Source: an uncultured virus (IMG/VR IMGVR_UViG_3300033149_002227) (taxonomy: Duplodnaviria > Heunggongvirae > Uroviricota > Caudoviricetes). From it: a stretch of DNA of 64,000 nucleotides. Below the pieces are notes generated by a model. The model saw only the letters and a program-made list of their open reading frames with translations, did no database searches and was not told where the DNA came from. The translations under genes were made by a program, and so were the position numbers. This document shows, piece by piece, positions 1 through 9,275 of this stretch (position 1 is the stretch's first letter; the number at the start of each line of letters is the position of its first letter). The stretch spans positions 1 to 64,000 of IMG/VR virus record IMGVR_UViG_3300033149_002227, one strand, 5' to 3'.

Positions 1-692
1 ACAAACTCCCGACCGTGTGCTTGATGCTTATTACCGTCGGTTTTATTTCCCCAATGGCGATGCTGGATGTGAGCGGCTTCGTGTAACAAAACCAAATGGT
101 TGAGATGACACGGGAGTAAGCGAATTCCACAATAACCGGCACTGGAACAATTACCACCAGAACGGAATTTCAAATCGATGTCTTCCGCCCCTAATTCATT
201 ACAAACAGTTTTGAGGAACTTGCGAATGTATCTGCGATCATGTTTCTGGTGCAGCAGATCAACCTTTCTTTCCGAATTGAGTTCAGTCGGACCGATCTCG
301 CGAGCCATGATATGCTCCCAACGATACAGCTTTCCTTTCTGTGAATCACGGGGGCGATAGCGTTTCGGTTTTTCGGGGTGCTCGAAGTTTTCCTGCCAGT
401 GTGCAATAGCAGCAATAGCATCTTCCTCGGTTGGGTACTTGATTTCTTCCTCGCGAGGGTAGTTAGAATAAGATACCTCGATCTTCTCACTCATTACTTT
501 GATTTTCCACTCGGTAGTGCAATTCCGGTTGGGACGCCAGAATACCATCCACTCCTCGTCGTCGTAGTATGCGAACACACCAAACAATCCGTAATTTTCG
601 GATTTTTCCTCGTGAATAACCTCAAACTCGTCACACCAGCTACCGATGCCGGGACGAATCCAATTTCTGTGATGTCTACCTTTCCAACCCAT
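1..692 (-). CDS. SprT-like HEXXH zinc metallopeptidase (TIGR04338-like), 3' end runs off the window
   Basis: Absent from the ORF track. I translated it by hand from ATG 692 (AGGAG RBS upstream); the frame is open to base 1: MGWKGRHHRNW...PRDSQKGKLYRWE...LVLLHEAAHIQH...HQAHGREF. Confidence 0.8.
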   Translation of the reverse strand, partial: MGWKGRHHRNWIRPGIGSWCDEFEVIHEEKSENYGLFGVFAYYDDEEWMVFWRPNRNCTTEWKIKVMSEKIEVSYSNYPREEEIKYPTEEDAIAAIAHWQENFEHPEKPKRYRPRDSQKGKLYRWEHIMAREIGPTELNSERKVDLLHQKHDRRYIRKFLKTVCNELGAEDIDLKFRSGGNCSSAGYCGIRLLPCHLNHLVLLHEAAHIQHRHWGNKTDGNKHQAHGREF

Positions 693-722
693 AAAACTCT
701 CCTAACTCTCTGAATATACTGC

Positions 723-751
723 ATATTAGCATATTACGAGAAGCGTGTCAA
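723..751 (-). promoter_or_regulatory. sigma70-type early promoter TTGACA-N17-TAATAT
   Basis: Near-consensus hexamers with 17-bp spacing, 30 bp upstream of ATG 692. Confidence 0.75.
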
Positions 752-767
752 GTTTCTTGGGGAAATT

Positions 768-1253
768 TCAGTCGTTATATGGGTCTGCCGACATGTTGCG
801 CGTCGGTGATTCTTCTATTGTATCCACCACCGTGGCTTTTACTAACTCCTCATCGGATTTTTTCTCTGGTGGTTTAACTGTGTAAACCTTTGCGTAAACA
901 GTTCCGGTGCACGGAATACAGAACGAGCCAAACTTCCTAAAACCCTCCGGGTCGCGCTTGTGTTCCCATTCTAGAACACCGAGGTGATGTAGGAACCCGT
1001 TGGATATAATTTGCGGGATGTCTGCTATTTCGGATAGTACTGAGAATTCTGCTTCGGATACTTCGTTCACTATTGAATCCAATATACCGATGGCTTCCTC
1101 TCTGCCGTAAGTGCGTTTATCGTCTTCCATCTCTGGTGGGTATTTTACATCCTGCGCCCCAAAGGCCAAACGATAATCGTCATCCTCACAATGCCAAATA
1201 GCGATGACCTCACCCTTCTCGGGTTTGTTTCTTATTTCGAACCACGTACTCAT
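768..1253 (-). CDS. hypothetical protein
   Basis: 161-aa ORF with an ATGA overlap with the gp46 stop. Confidence 0.75.
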   Translation of the reverse strand: MSTWFEIRNKPEKGEVIAIWHCEDDDYRLAFGAQDVKYPPEMEDDKRTYGREEAIGILDSIVNEVSEAEFSVLSEIADIPQIISNGFLHHLGVLEWEHKRDPEGFRKFGSFCIPCTGTVYAKVYTVKPPEKKSDEELVKATVVDTIEESPTRNMSADPYND

Positions 1254-3154
1254 GACTGATTATGTGGAATAACTTGCTCATACTCGATTCGTGATTGGTT
1301 GTTTTCCAGTACCACATTCATCACGTCATCCACTCTTGCAGCGATGTCGTCGCGGTGTGTAATTAAGAACACACGCTTTTCTTTCTTACGACAAATCTCT
1401 CTGAGGGCGTTGACCGCGTTTGCAGCACCACTAGAACACATTCCCGAGTCGAGTAATTCATCTACTGCCAACATATTGATGGGATAGTTCATATACTCGA
1501 ACACGTCCTGAAACGAGAAATTTAGTGCTACGCGCACGCGCAAGCGCTGGCCCTTGGAGAGGTTTCCGTAGTCGAACTCCTCGCTGTAGTTTGTGATGGT
1601 CACCGTTAAATCGGGATTGAAGTGAACATGGTGTGGCAATTGAAGAATGTCGAGCCAGTATGCAATACGTTGGTTCAAGATTGGCATCCATCGGTCGATA
1701 ATTATCTGACGCAGGAAGCTGTCACGCTTCGTAAGCAATTCAATCAGGTACGTGTAGTGGCGAATCAATCGGCGTAGTTCGTGTATCTCGGACTCGTCAA
1801 CCACCTTAATGGCGTCTGTTTGTAATCCTTCTATGCTTTCACTGTGCGGGTTCGTTTCAGCAGATGTTGAAACAAGCTGCTTTCGTATGTTATCTAACTC
1901 AGTACCAGCCGATGCAGCTTCCTCGACGGTTCGGTATGTTAATTCTATTTGGTTCAAATCGGCCAACCGTTCCTCTATAATCGGGAGGGGTTTCCGTATC
2001 CCGTCAAGTTTCTTAACATGAACCTCGATGTCTGTTACCATTTCTTCAAAAGAAGCGAGCGCACCGGCACCGGCATCCTCAGCCGCTTTCTTCGATGCTA
2101 GAGCTTCCTCACGAAATTCAGGGTCCGGTTCCCAGTGCTGTTTACAGGTCGGGCATTCACTGTGATCTAGGGCGGCGATAGTCTCTTCTGCCTTCTCTAT
2201 ATCAGCCACAGCACGCTCTGCATCGCGCCCGTGGGCATTCATAGTATTAGTCCGCTCGCGTTGCTCTGCATCGAGTTCACGAAGACGTGATGTAACCTCT
2301 CGCATTGTTGAATCGAGTTCTTCTATTTCTCTCAGTATAGCTATTTCTTGATCGACATCAACCGACTCCAATAGAGAAATTGCTTCTGTCAACTCGGTGA
2401 CGGTGGCGTCCTTGCGCCCCTCCCATGCGACAGAACGGTGTTTCAAATCGTCAATCTGTTGGGTGATGCGTAAGTTGGCTTGTTTGGTTGCTTCAGCAGA
2501 AGACTCTGCATGAGCTAATTCTTTATTCCGTTCCTTGCGGTCTTCCTTGAGCGCTTTGGCTTTAGTGGACATGATAGTAAACCCGAATAGGGGCTCAATC
2601 ACAGCACGTTGCTTGTCTTCTGACAGCTTAAAAAACTCGGTAGACTCGGATGAGTTGGCTACAATGTATTCGAATAATGTGATGTCGAATCCGAGGATGT
2701 CGATAATCTGGTCAGTGGTTTCAGTTTTACCACGAGCTATATCAAATTTCATTTTGCGCTTGACCTTCGTTTTGAAATCCTCATCACTATCAATGGGTTT
2801 GCGCAGAAGGAGCAATCTACCCGGACGCTCTGTGCGTTCTACATGATATGCAAAATCACCTTTCTCAAACTCGACCCATACAATCATCTGCCCCTTGTCG
2901 GACATTTTGTTGATGAGTTTCTGATTTGATATACCACGAATGACTTTACCGAAGAGCACGTAGCATAGAGCGTCGATGATGGCAGACTTGCCGACACCGT
3001 TACGAGAATCTTCACCACCGTCATCCAAATTTTCACCGAGGATAACGGTAATGAAGTTACCTAATAGGGGGATTATAACTTCCTTCGGACCATAGGACAG
3101 GAAGTTTCGAAAACCTAAATCACCAAAATCTAAAGCGTTGCTGGACATGACCAT
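1250..3154 (-). CDS. gp46: SbcC/Rad50-like recombination nuclease ATPase subunit (T4 gp46-like)
   Basis: Walker A with insert GENLDDGGEDSRNGVGKS, coiled coil with CPTC zinc hook, signature LSKGQ, Walker B LAVDE, H-loop ITH. Confidence 0.95.
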   Translation of the reverse strand: MVMSSNALDFGDLGFRNFLSYGPKEVIIPLLGNFITVILGENLDDGGEDSRNGVGKSAIIDALCYVLFGKVIRGISNQKLINKMSDKGQMIVWVEFEKGDFAYHVERTERPGRLLLLRKPIDSDEDFKTKVKRKMKFDIARGKTETTDQIIDILGFDITLFEYIVANSSESTEFFKLSEDKQRAVIEPLFGFTIMSTKAKALKEDRKERNKELAHAESSAEATKQANLRITQQIDDLKHRSVAWEGRKDATVTELTEAISLLESVDVDQEIAILREIEELDSTMREVTSRLRELDAEQRERTNTMNAHGRDAERAVADIEKAEETIAALDHSECPTCKQHWEPDPEFREEALASKKAAEDAGAGALASFEEMVTDIEVHVKKLDGIRKPLPIIEERLADLNQIELTYRTVEEAASAGTELDNIRKQLVSTSAETNPHSESIEGLQTDAIKVVDESEIHELRRLIRHYTYLIELLTKRDSFLRQIIIDRWMPILNQRIAYWLDILQLPHHVHFNPDLTVTITNYSEEFDYGNLSKGQRLRVRVALNFSFQDVFEYMNYPINMLAVDELLDSGMCSSGAANAVNALREICRKKEKRVFLITHRDDIAARVDDVMNVVLENNQSRIEYEQVIPHNQS

Positions 3155-3342
3155 CCAAATGACAGAGTGGGACGAGGTGTTCCATTTTCAACGAACACGG
3201 TATGTCTTATAACTGTACCACTTTTTACCTCGTCGTTCAAGGCAGCAGCCAAGTCGAGTTGATTTATATTTGTTAGGTCTGATAAATCGCGGGTGGTAAT
3301 CTTTGGATTTGTTTTGATCACTTCAATGATATCATTCATCAT
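3130..3342 (-). CDS. small winged-HTH-like protein
   Basis: IIEVIKTNPKITTRDLSDLTNINQLDL pattern. The start at MMND (3342) is chosen over the track's 3372. Confidence 0.55.
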   Translation of the reverse strand: MMNDIIEVIKTNPKITTRDLSDLTNINQLDLAAALNDEVKSGTVIRHTVFVENGTPRPTLSFGWSCPATL

Positions 3343-3520
3343 CGGATTCGAACTCCTCAGAGTCATGCTCAACTTGAGCGGTTAGTGGGGCTAGTTGATA
3401 CCGCTTCATGCATTCACATTCCGCATCAAACCGTAGTTCGGTTTCATCCCATTCCCAGTGTAGTGACTCACCACAGCACGGTGATGTCGCTTCAAAAACG
3501 GTGTCAAATACATCAGACAT
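3332..3520 (-). CDS. small Cys-containing (possible zinc-ribbon) protein
   Basis: 62 aa with SPCCG...AECEC, in the gp47-gp46 operon. Confidence 0.65.
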   Translation of the reverse strand: MSDVFDTVFEATSPCCGESLHWEWDETELRFDAECECMKRYQLAPLTAQVEHDSEEFESDDE

Positions 3521-3588
3521 TATTTTTCTCTCTTGTAAGGTAGTGTATCGTCATTGTTTATTGTTTTTGTAAGAAAACCTTGTACGGT

Positions 3589-4629
3589 TTAATCGGTCTT
3601 GACCTCTTCGTACAATTTCACCATCAAGTCAGCATCAAAATCTGAACCCTCGGTATCCAACAAACGCAGGTGTTCGATGACCATTTCATCCACGGATTGT
3701 GAATCATCACCGATATTAGTTTCGGTGGCGACATCTAAATCAGGATTCGCCGGTCTCAGGCGTATCTCTCGGAATTTATCCGCGAGTAGTTCTTTAATTT
3801 GTACCGCTTCTTCGACCTCGATACCCATATCATCCTTAACCTCGATGATACCGTTAGAGGGTTCGAGATCATCGCTTTGCTCTAGTAGTTCACTTAGTAG
3901 CATGCGTGAGTAATACGGAGCATCTGGCCAGTCTATAAACTCGGGATCATGACCCCACTCCAACATCATACAACCACGATCCCTATCGTTTACGTCATTG
4001 AAATTATGAGGGAAGGCGTTACCCGGATACCATACCGGTATACCGTGCTCGTTGACTTTGAGTTGGCGCTTATGGAAGTGTCCAGAGAATACGGCGTCAC
4101 AGTTGGTAAAATGGTCTGCGTGCAGTCCGCCCTTGTCCGGCATCGCCACAGACTCGTTCATTAAAAACAAGGGCAACTCGAAATGACCAAAAACGTATTT
4201 CACATCGTAACCGGGAACCTCTGCAAATTCACTACCAGTTAGCCATGGAGATAACAAAACGTTATTTATCTCCACTAACTCGTTGATTACAAAGATGTTC
4301 TCCATAGAGCCCAAGTATGGCAACGAGGTGATATTACGGTTGTTTCTGAAGTACAAATCATGATTTCCGACTAACCAATATACCGGAACGCCGAGGCCAT
4401 TGAGTAATTCAACCGCTTCCCATGAGTAATGGATAGAATCGACACGTATGCGGGACCGGTTATCGAACCAATCCCCCATAAAGATTACCGCATCACATTG
4501 TGCTTCGCGTACTTGGGCGCAAAACCATTTGATGAAATTCAAACAATCGAGATTGTGGCGCTCGCTGTCGTTCTTATCACCGAAATGAATATCGGTGAAT
4601 ACAGCCGCACGGTCGAATAATTGATCCAT
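3589..4629 (-). CDS. gp47: SbcD/Mre11-like recombination endonuclease (T4 gp47-like)
   Basis: Metallophosphoesterase motifs DIHFG, GDWFD, GNHD, GHFE, SGHFH; lies next to gp46. Confidence 0.95.
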   Translation of the reverse strand: MDQLFDRAAVFTDIHFGDKNDSERHNLDCLNFIKWFCAQVREAQCDAVIFMGDWFDNRSRIRVDSIHYSWEAVELLNGLGVPVYWLVGNHDLYFRNNRNITSLPYLGSMENIFVINELVEINNVLLSPWLTGSEFAEVPGYDVKYVFGHFELPLFLMNESVAMPDKGGLHADHFTNCDAVFSGHFHKRQLKVNEHGIPVWYPGNAFPHNFNDVNDRDRGCMMLEWGHDPEFIDWPDAPYYSRMLLSELLEQSDDLEPSNGIIEVKDDMGIEVEEAVQIKELLADKFREIRLRPANPDLDVATETNIGDDSQSVDEMVIEHLRLLDTEGSDFDADLMVKLYEEVKTD

Positions 4630-4658
4630 TATGATTTACGAAGAAACTTCATTCAAGA

Positions 4659-4687
4659 ACTATAATCCTGTCGGGACTATAAATCAA
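4659..4687 (-). promoter_or_regulatory. sigma70-type promoter TTGATT-N17-TATAGT
   Basis: Intergenic, upstream of gp47. Confidence 0.6.
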
Positions 4688-4689
4688 CC

Positions 4690-5370
4690 TTATTTTTCGC
4701 CGTCGAGTGCGTGATTGCGTTCATGGAATACACTATCGTATCCTTCTACATCCACCACACCGTACTGGGTAGTGATCACGCCTTCCTCCTTCTCAACCTC
4801 AATCTCGCGAATCCCCTCTCTCTCGTTGGACATTAGTCTGCGTTTTTCCAACGTTGGTGCTTCGTTTTCAATCTGACGAGTATTCGATGGATCGAGCCCG
4901 TATTGTTCCAGAATGTCATCACGAATCCGTCGTACCTTCTTCTCTTTGTCGAGGGTGGTAAGAAAGGAGTGGGTGACAATCTGAGTCATATATCCAAATG
5001 GGTTCTTGGATTTTTCAGGATTGAATTTCAAACTACCGTTCAATAGTGACAACAAGGCTTCCGATTTCATGTCATCGATGTACGTGTACCCGCGCCAGTT
5101 GGCACGTTGCGCGTACCGGTCAACCAGCATCATAATCATCTTGACCATCGGTTCTGTCATACATTCAGCAGCGGACGGCATCTTGTCGGGATTTTTGCAT
5201 TTCTTTTTAGCTTTTTCCCATGCAACCTTCGATAAAGCAATGTGCTCCAGTAGCCGAGCGTTGTTTAAATACTTCTGTACTCTACGTTTTTTGACTGGCT
5301 TTTTAGGTGCCGCCTTTATGTCCGTAGCCTCTTCTACTGCCGGTGTGACAGTCCTCTTTGTAGTTCCCAA
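4690..5370 (-). CDS. gp55: late transcription sigma factor (T4 gp55-like)
   Basis: YLNN...RYAQRANWRGYTYIDDMKSEA...FNPEKSKNPFGYMTQI...KEKK motifs; usual synteny with gp47/gp46; TTG start with GAGGGG RBS. Confidence 0.93.
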   Translation of the reverse strand: MGTTKRTVTPAVEEATDIKAAPKKPVKKRRVQKYLNNARLLEHIALSKVAWEKAKKKCKNPDKMPSAAECMTEPMVKMIMMLVDRYAQRANWRGYTYIDDMKSEALLSLLNGSLKFNPEKSKNPFGYMTQIVTHSFLTTLDKEKKVRRIRDDILEQYGLDPSNTRQIENEAPTLEKRRLMSNEREGIREIEVEKEEGVITTQYGVVDVEGYDSVFHERNHALDGEK

Positions 5371-5395
5371 AATAGTCCCCTCAGATGATTTGAGA

Positions 5396-5445
5396 TTTCC
5401 TCACGAAAGTTATACTTATAAGATGGTTACTTTCCTCACGAAAGT
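5396..5445. repeat. two exact 15-bp direct repeats TTTCCTCACGAAAGT (5396-5410, 5431-5445), candidate operator
   Basis: Read directly; 35-bp period. The second copy is palindromic ACTTTC-N5-GAAAGT. Near copy at 19616-19630. Confidence 0.7.
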
Positions 5446-5449
5446 CAAG
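5421..5449 (-). promoter_or_regulatory. RpoH-like promoter CTTGAC-N17-CCATCT upstream of gp55
   Basis: Same layout (CTTGA...TAACCATNT) as the site upstream of the rpoH-like gene; resembles the sigma32 CTTGAA...CCATNT consensus. Confidence 0.5.
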
Positions 5450-5461
5450 GCAGTCGTAATG

Positions 5462-5467
5462 TAAATA
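5462..5467 (+). promoter_or_regulatory. gp55-type late promoter (R)TAAATA
   Basis: T4 late consensus is TATAAATA. The same hexamer recurs before virion genes at 13128, 19671, 29936, 30638, 50405, 54166 and 63846(-). Confidence 0.7.
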
Positions 5468-5493
5468 CACTTTGAACTTAGCAGGGTTTAATA

Positions 5494-6372
5494 ATGGCCG
5501 CACAGCAACCACAAAATGATGACTTTCTACCATCCTACGCAATAGAACATGTTGCGGCTAAGTTGGAGCCGTTCGATCTATTACGTCTGGGTCTTAAACT
5601 AGGTGGAACAGACCGGCGTTCTGATACTTCTGAGGCTCTTCAGGGTGGTCAAGGTTCCAATATCCCTAATAAGGCAGGACAAGCTGCCGCCAAAACTAGT
5701 CCTGCAAACTCCCAACAGAACTCAAAGGATAACCACGCGCTCGCTCCTATCTTTGCTACCAGTGGATTGGTGTTCCCGTATAACCCAACGATAACCGAAT
5801 CAATCTCTGTGAAATATGATTCCATGGAATTGACTCATACCAACGAATCCTTCCATGTGTATCGTGGTACTGATAACGTTCGAATCAATATTTCGGATTC
5901 TCAATGGACGTGTGACACATTCGACAATGCTGTTTACGCGTTGTCTGCATTGCACTTTTTACGAACATACAGTCAGATGGACTTCGGTATCGGCAGAACC
6001 GGTCGCCCACCGAGTCCGATGTGGTTTTCGGCTTACGGTAATTATGCCTTCCATCGTGTCCCCGTTCTGATGGAAAAAGCAGACTGGTCGTTTCCTGCGG
6101 ATGTTGATTACGTCGGTATCCCCGAATTCGGAACACCAGAATATGCAGCACGCACTCTGCTATACGAAAGAAACGCCAGTACGCAATACACATGGCTACC
6201 CATGATATTCAAGGTGTCATCAATAGCATTGGTTGTTCAGCATTCTCCGTCCTTCTGGTCTAACTGGAATTTGGACATGTACCGTTCTGGTGAACTACTA
6301 CGAGCGCGTAAGAGTTTCCACATAACCAATCCATCTCTCAATTCGAGGAAAGGTAACGGAGGCAGACCATAA
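5494..6372 (+). CDS. baseplate/tail-tube initiator-like structural protein
   Basis: GLVFPYNP...LHFLR...GRPP...YG motifs, late promoter, immediately before the gp53-like gene. Confidence 0.65.
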   Translation: MAAQQPQNDDFLPSYAIEHVAAKLEPFDLLRLGLKLGGTDRRSDTSEALQGGQGSNIPNKAGQAAAKTSPANSQQNSKDNHALAPIFATSGLVFPYNPTITESISVKYDSMELTHTNESFHVYRGTDNVRINISDSQWTCDTFDNAVYALSALHFLRTYSQMDFGIGRTGRPPSPMWFSAYGNYAFHRVPVLMEKADWSFPADVDYVGIPEFGTPEYAARTLLYERNASTQYTWLPMIFKVSSIALVVQHSPSFWSNWNLDMYRSGELLRARKSFHITNPSLNSRKGNGGRP

Positions 6373-6671
6373 TGGCTTATAATCCCGATTACGAACAGGT
6401 ATCCCCATTCGGTGTGACACCAATCATCAACCGTTTTATGGTTTATTATGCCCACCGCACGATAAGCCCACACAACCTCGATACTGTTATTCAATTGAAT
6501 GACCACAGATATGTTCATCGTCCTGACATACTCGCGAATGATTTATACGGTGACCCTGATTTGTTCTGGGTCATTGCCGTGCGTAATGGGTTACAAGACC
6601 CTGTGTTTGATTTTAAACTGGGTGAACTGTACAACATCCCCCATCCTTCATACGTTCGGTCGATTGTATAA
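6372..6671 (+). CDS. gp53: baseplate wedge subunit (T4 gp53-like, LysM-type)
   Basis: RPDILANDLYGDPDLFWVIA motif. Confidence 0.88.
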   Translation: MAYNPDYEQVSPFGVTPIINRFMVYYAHRTISPHNLDTVIQLNDHRYVHRPDILANDLYGDPDLFWVIAVRNGLQDPVFDFKLGELYNIPHPSYVRSIV

Positions 6672-9265
6672 TGGTTGCTACTAAACAATATAGTAACAAC
6701 GTCAGTAACAACGATGTTGTGCAAGACTACGATAAAAATTCGGACACTGCCGTCAAAGAATCGAAGAAAATCATGAATGCGGAGCGACTAGCCCAACTAG
6801 CCGATGCAGCCAACGAAGCACAAGTACCGCTAGCGCGATTAAATAATAGCGCACTACTACAACCGGGATTCGCACCGGCAGGAGTAACAAAACTTGACGG
6901 CGGATTTAATGCTGAAGGAACAGAATCCCCATTGATTAGTAATCAGGAGAAAGAAAGCCCCCAAGTTACTAATTCAGCCCTAAGTGTTCGTGCGAAGAAT
7001 TCTGATACATTGACCATCCCCGATAACGTCTTGTTACCTTATGTCAGTCTGCAATACCATATGATATGGTCGATGGTGCCTACAGAAAATCTACCCAAGG
7101 TTCAGCAGAATATACCAGTCGGTGCAGGAAATAATAATGCTGGAACGTTCGATGAATTGATACGAGCTATATTAGCAGAAGGATCAGTACCATTCGCTTC
7201 AACCGGTGATGTATTCCGATTCGAACGTGCACCCGAAGAGTTTGACCCAAGCTCTAATGATCCACGGCTGATTACTCCAGACACATCCAAAATATTCAGC
7301 CAACAGTGGACACCAGCGAAGGGTAGGCATTACTATAACATCGAATCAGTGACGCTGGACAACGTAATGGCACCGACGGCACAGAACCCATATATCAATG
7401 CAATGGTCACGGGTAAAATGAACATTATAGAGCCACACGGATTCAAGTGGAACGAAGATGCCCGTAGGGTTGCTAACGATAACGGATATAATGGAGTCAG
7501 TCTAGGTCGCGTAGTATGGCGGTTGGATATATTCTTCTCTGGTTACAATCAGGATACTGGCGAATGGTCTCCATTCATCGAGTTGGATACCCGTGTCAGG
7601 AAGACTAAAGTCATAACCTATTACATGAACATCACCACGGTTGATGCTAAGGTTACCAATATGGGAACAACTTACGACATGAGCATTGTCCCTAGTGGAC
7701 ACTCCGCGTACCGACCAGAGGAAGTCATTGTGGATGCTGGTGCTATCTTTACTGGTAGCCAATCTCAGGCACAAACATTTGGAGGATTCCTCGAACGTGT
7801 TTCTCAGGTAATGAACAAAGCGGTTTCTGATAGAACAAACCAGCAGGTTGTTAGGAAGTACGAATTCAAAGCCCCACCAGAACTACTTGCCGCTGAATTT
7901 TTCTCAGGAGAATTCGAACGCAAACAGGGATTCTTGAAGAATAACCCCAAGGGTGGTTCTACCGTTTCAACTCCCAGAGACGCCAACGTCATTTCGCTAC
8001 TAGAGGATGCTCTGAAAGATTTGGAAATGACTTGGAATCAAATCCTCAAGAAAGATGATCCGAAACATCTTAAACCCCGAATACATTGGGGAATCCGATT
8101 CAATGTTGTTTATGGTTCGGGAGTTAACCCCGGAACCAATGACTTTGACGGAATCACGAATCAATATATCATCGAACCGTTTGTAACATACAAACAGGCA
8201 ACGATTAACAACAGAGACGAAATGACGAAGGTTGTTGATGTTAATGCACAGGCTGACCGTGTCGAACAGATGCTTCGACTGGGGATGATTAACAGAATTT
8301 ATAATTATATCAATACGTCGGAAAACAACGAAGTCATTGAAGTTGACATCGCGTTGAAGAATTTTTATTATCATACAATGTTCACTGGAGACGCTGGTAA
8401 ATCGGGTGCTAATCAAGCAACTGGTGCTAACTCTAAAATGAAGAAAGTATCAGAGGACTCCCTCCGAATCGATAAGGAAGGTGTTGGTAGCATCGACCAA
8501 GGCGAGGCTGCTGTACCGAGTAATCTAGAGAATAGTGTTCAATCGTCACTACGAAGACTGTTCGGAAGTTCAATCGATAATCCGTCGGCGACCTGTAGCG
8601 CACGAATATTTAAAACTCCGTATGACACTTACGGTGGTGGTTTTGGTGAAATGCCCAAAACGGATGCACGTGGTTCTGTTGGTAGTGAAGACATACTCAC
8701 GCGTAATGAATATCAAGCCAATATCAACCAACACATCAAAAATGATATGATAAAGATCGATGTAGAAGTTCGCGGCGATCCTCTGTGGTTACTGTCTCCG
8801 TATGGTAAGGATAGTGGAAACCTGTTAACAATTGGTAACGAAACCACCGATACGACATCAACATCAGCACTGGTTCAAACACAATCCGCTAGATGTTTCT
8901 TCCTTCGTATGTTCGCTCCTCACCAAGATGATTACATGAATCCAGATCGCAATGAATCGTCAACAGCTTGTAGTATTTTGGGTGGATTTTATGAAACCAT
9001 TAAAGTTAACTCTGTTTTCAAGGGGGGTAAGTTTACGCAAACCATAACTGCTGCAAAGATGAATCACCTAAATTATGTTGAGAACAATATTAGTTTAGCA
9101 ACAAATTCTCAAGTGGTGGGTGAAGGAGTAACTACGGATACGGATGTTTCACAGTCGGCTTCTCAACCAACCGTATCCGCTAAAGTGCCACCAAGAGACC
9201 CGCGAGATTTTGATCCTAATTCTAGCGTATCACAGGCAACATCCCGAATATTAAGCAACGTATGA
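6671..9265 (+). CDS. baseplate hub protein (gp27/VgrG-N-like)
   Basis: 864 aa between gp53 and gp5; C-terminal VRGDPLWL and GFYETIKVNSVFKGGKFTQTI motifs typical of hub proteins. Confidence 0.7.
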   Translation: MVATKQYSNNVSNNDVVQDYDKNSDTAVKESKKIMNAERLAQLADAANEAQVPLARLNNSALLQPGFAPAGVTKLDGGFNAEGTESPLISNQEKESPQVTNSALSVRAKNSDTLTIPDNVLLPYVSLQYHMIWSMVPTENLPKVQQNIPVGAGNNNAGTFDELIRAILAEGSVPFASTGDVFRFERAPEEFDPSSNDPRLITPDTSKIFSQQWTPAKGRHYYNIESVTLDNVMAPTAQNPYINAMVTGKMNIIEPHGFKWNEDARRVANDNGYNGVSLGRVVWRLDIFFSGYNQDTGEWSPFIELDTRVRKTKVITYYMNITTVDAKVTNMGTTYDMSIVPSGHSAYRPEEVIVDAGAIFTGSQSQAQTFGGFLERVSQVMNKAVSDRTNQQVVRKYEFKAPPELLAAEFFSGEFERKQGFLKNNPKGGSTVSTPRDANVISLLEDALKDLEMTWNQILKKDDPKHLKPRIHWGIRFNVVYGSGVNPGTNDFDGITNQYIIEPFVTYKQATINNRDEMTKVVDVNAQADRVEQMLRLGMINRIYNYINTSENNEVIEVDIALKNFYYHTMFTGDAGKSGANQATGANSKMKKVSEDSLRIDKEGVGSIDQGEAAVPSNLENSVQSSLRRLFGSSIDNPSATCSARIFKTPYDTYGGGFGEMPKTDARGSVGSEDILTRNEYQANINQHIKNDMIKIDVEVRGDPLWLLSPYGKDSGNLLTIGNETTDTTSTSALVQTQSARCFFLRMFAPHQDDYMNPDRNESSTACSILGGFYETIKVNSVFKGGKFTQTITAAKMNHLNYVENNISLATNSQVVGEGVTTDTDVSQSASQPTVSAKVPPRDPRDFDPNSSVSQATSRILSNV

Positions 9266-9275
9266 GTATTGTATA

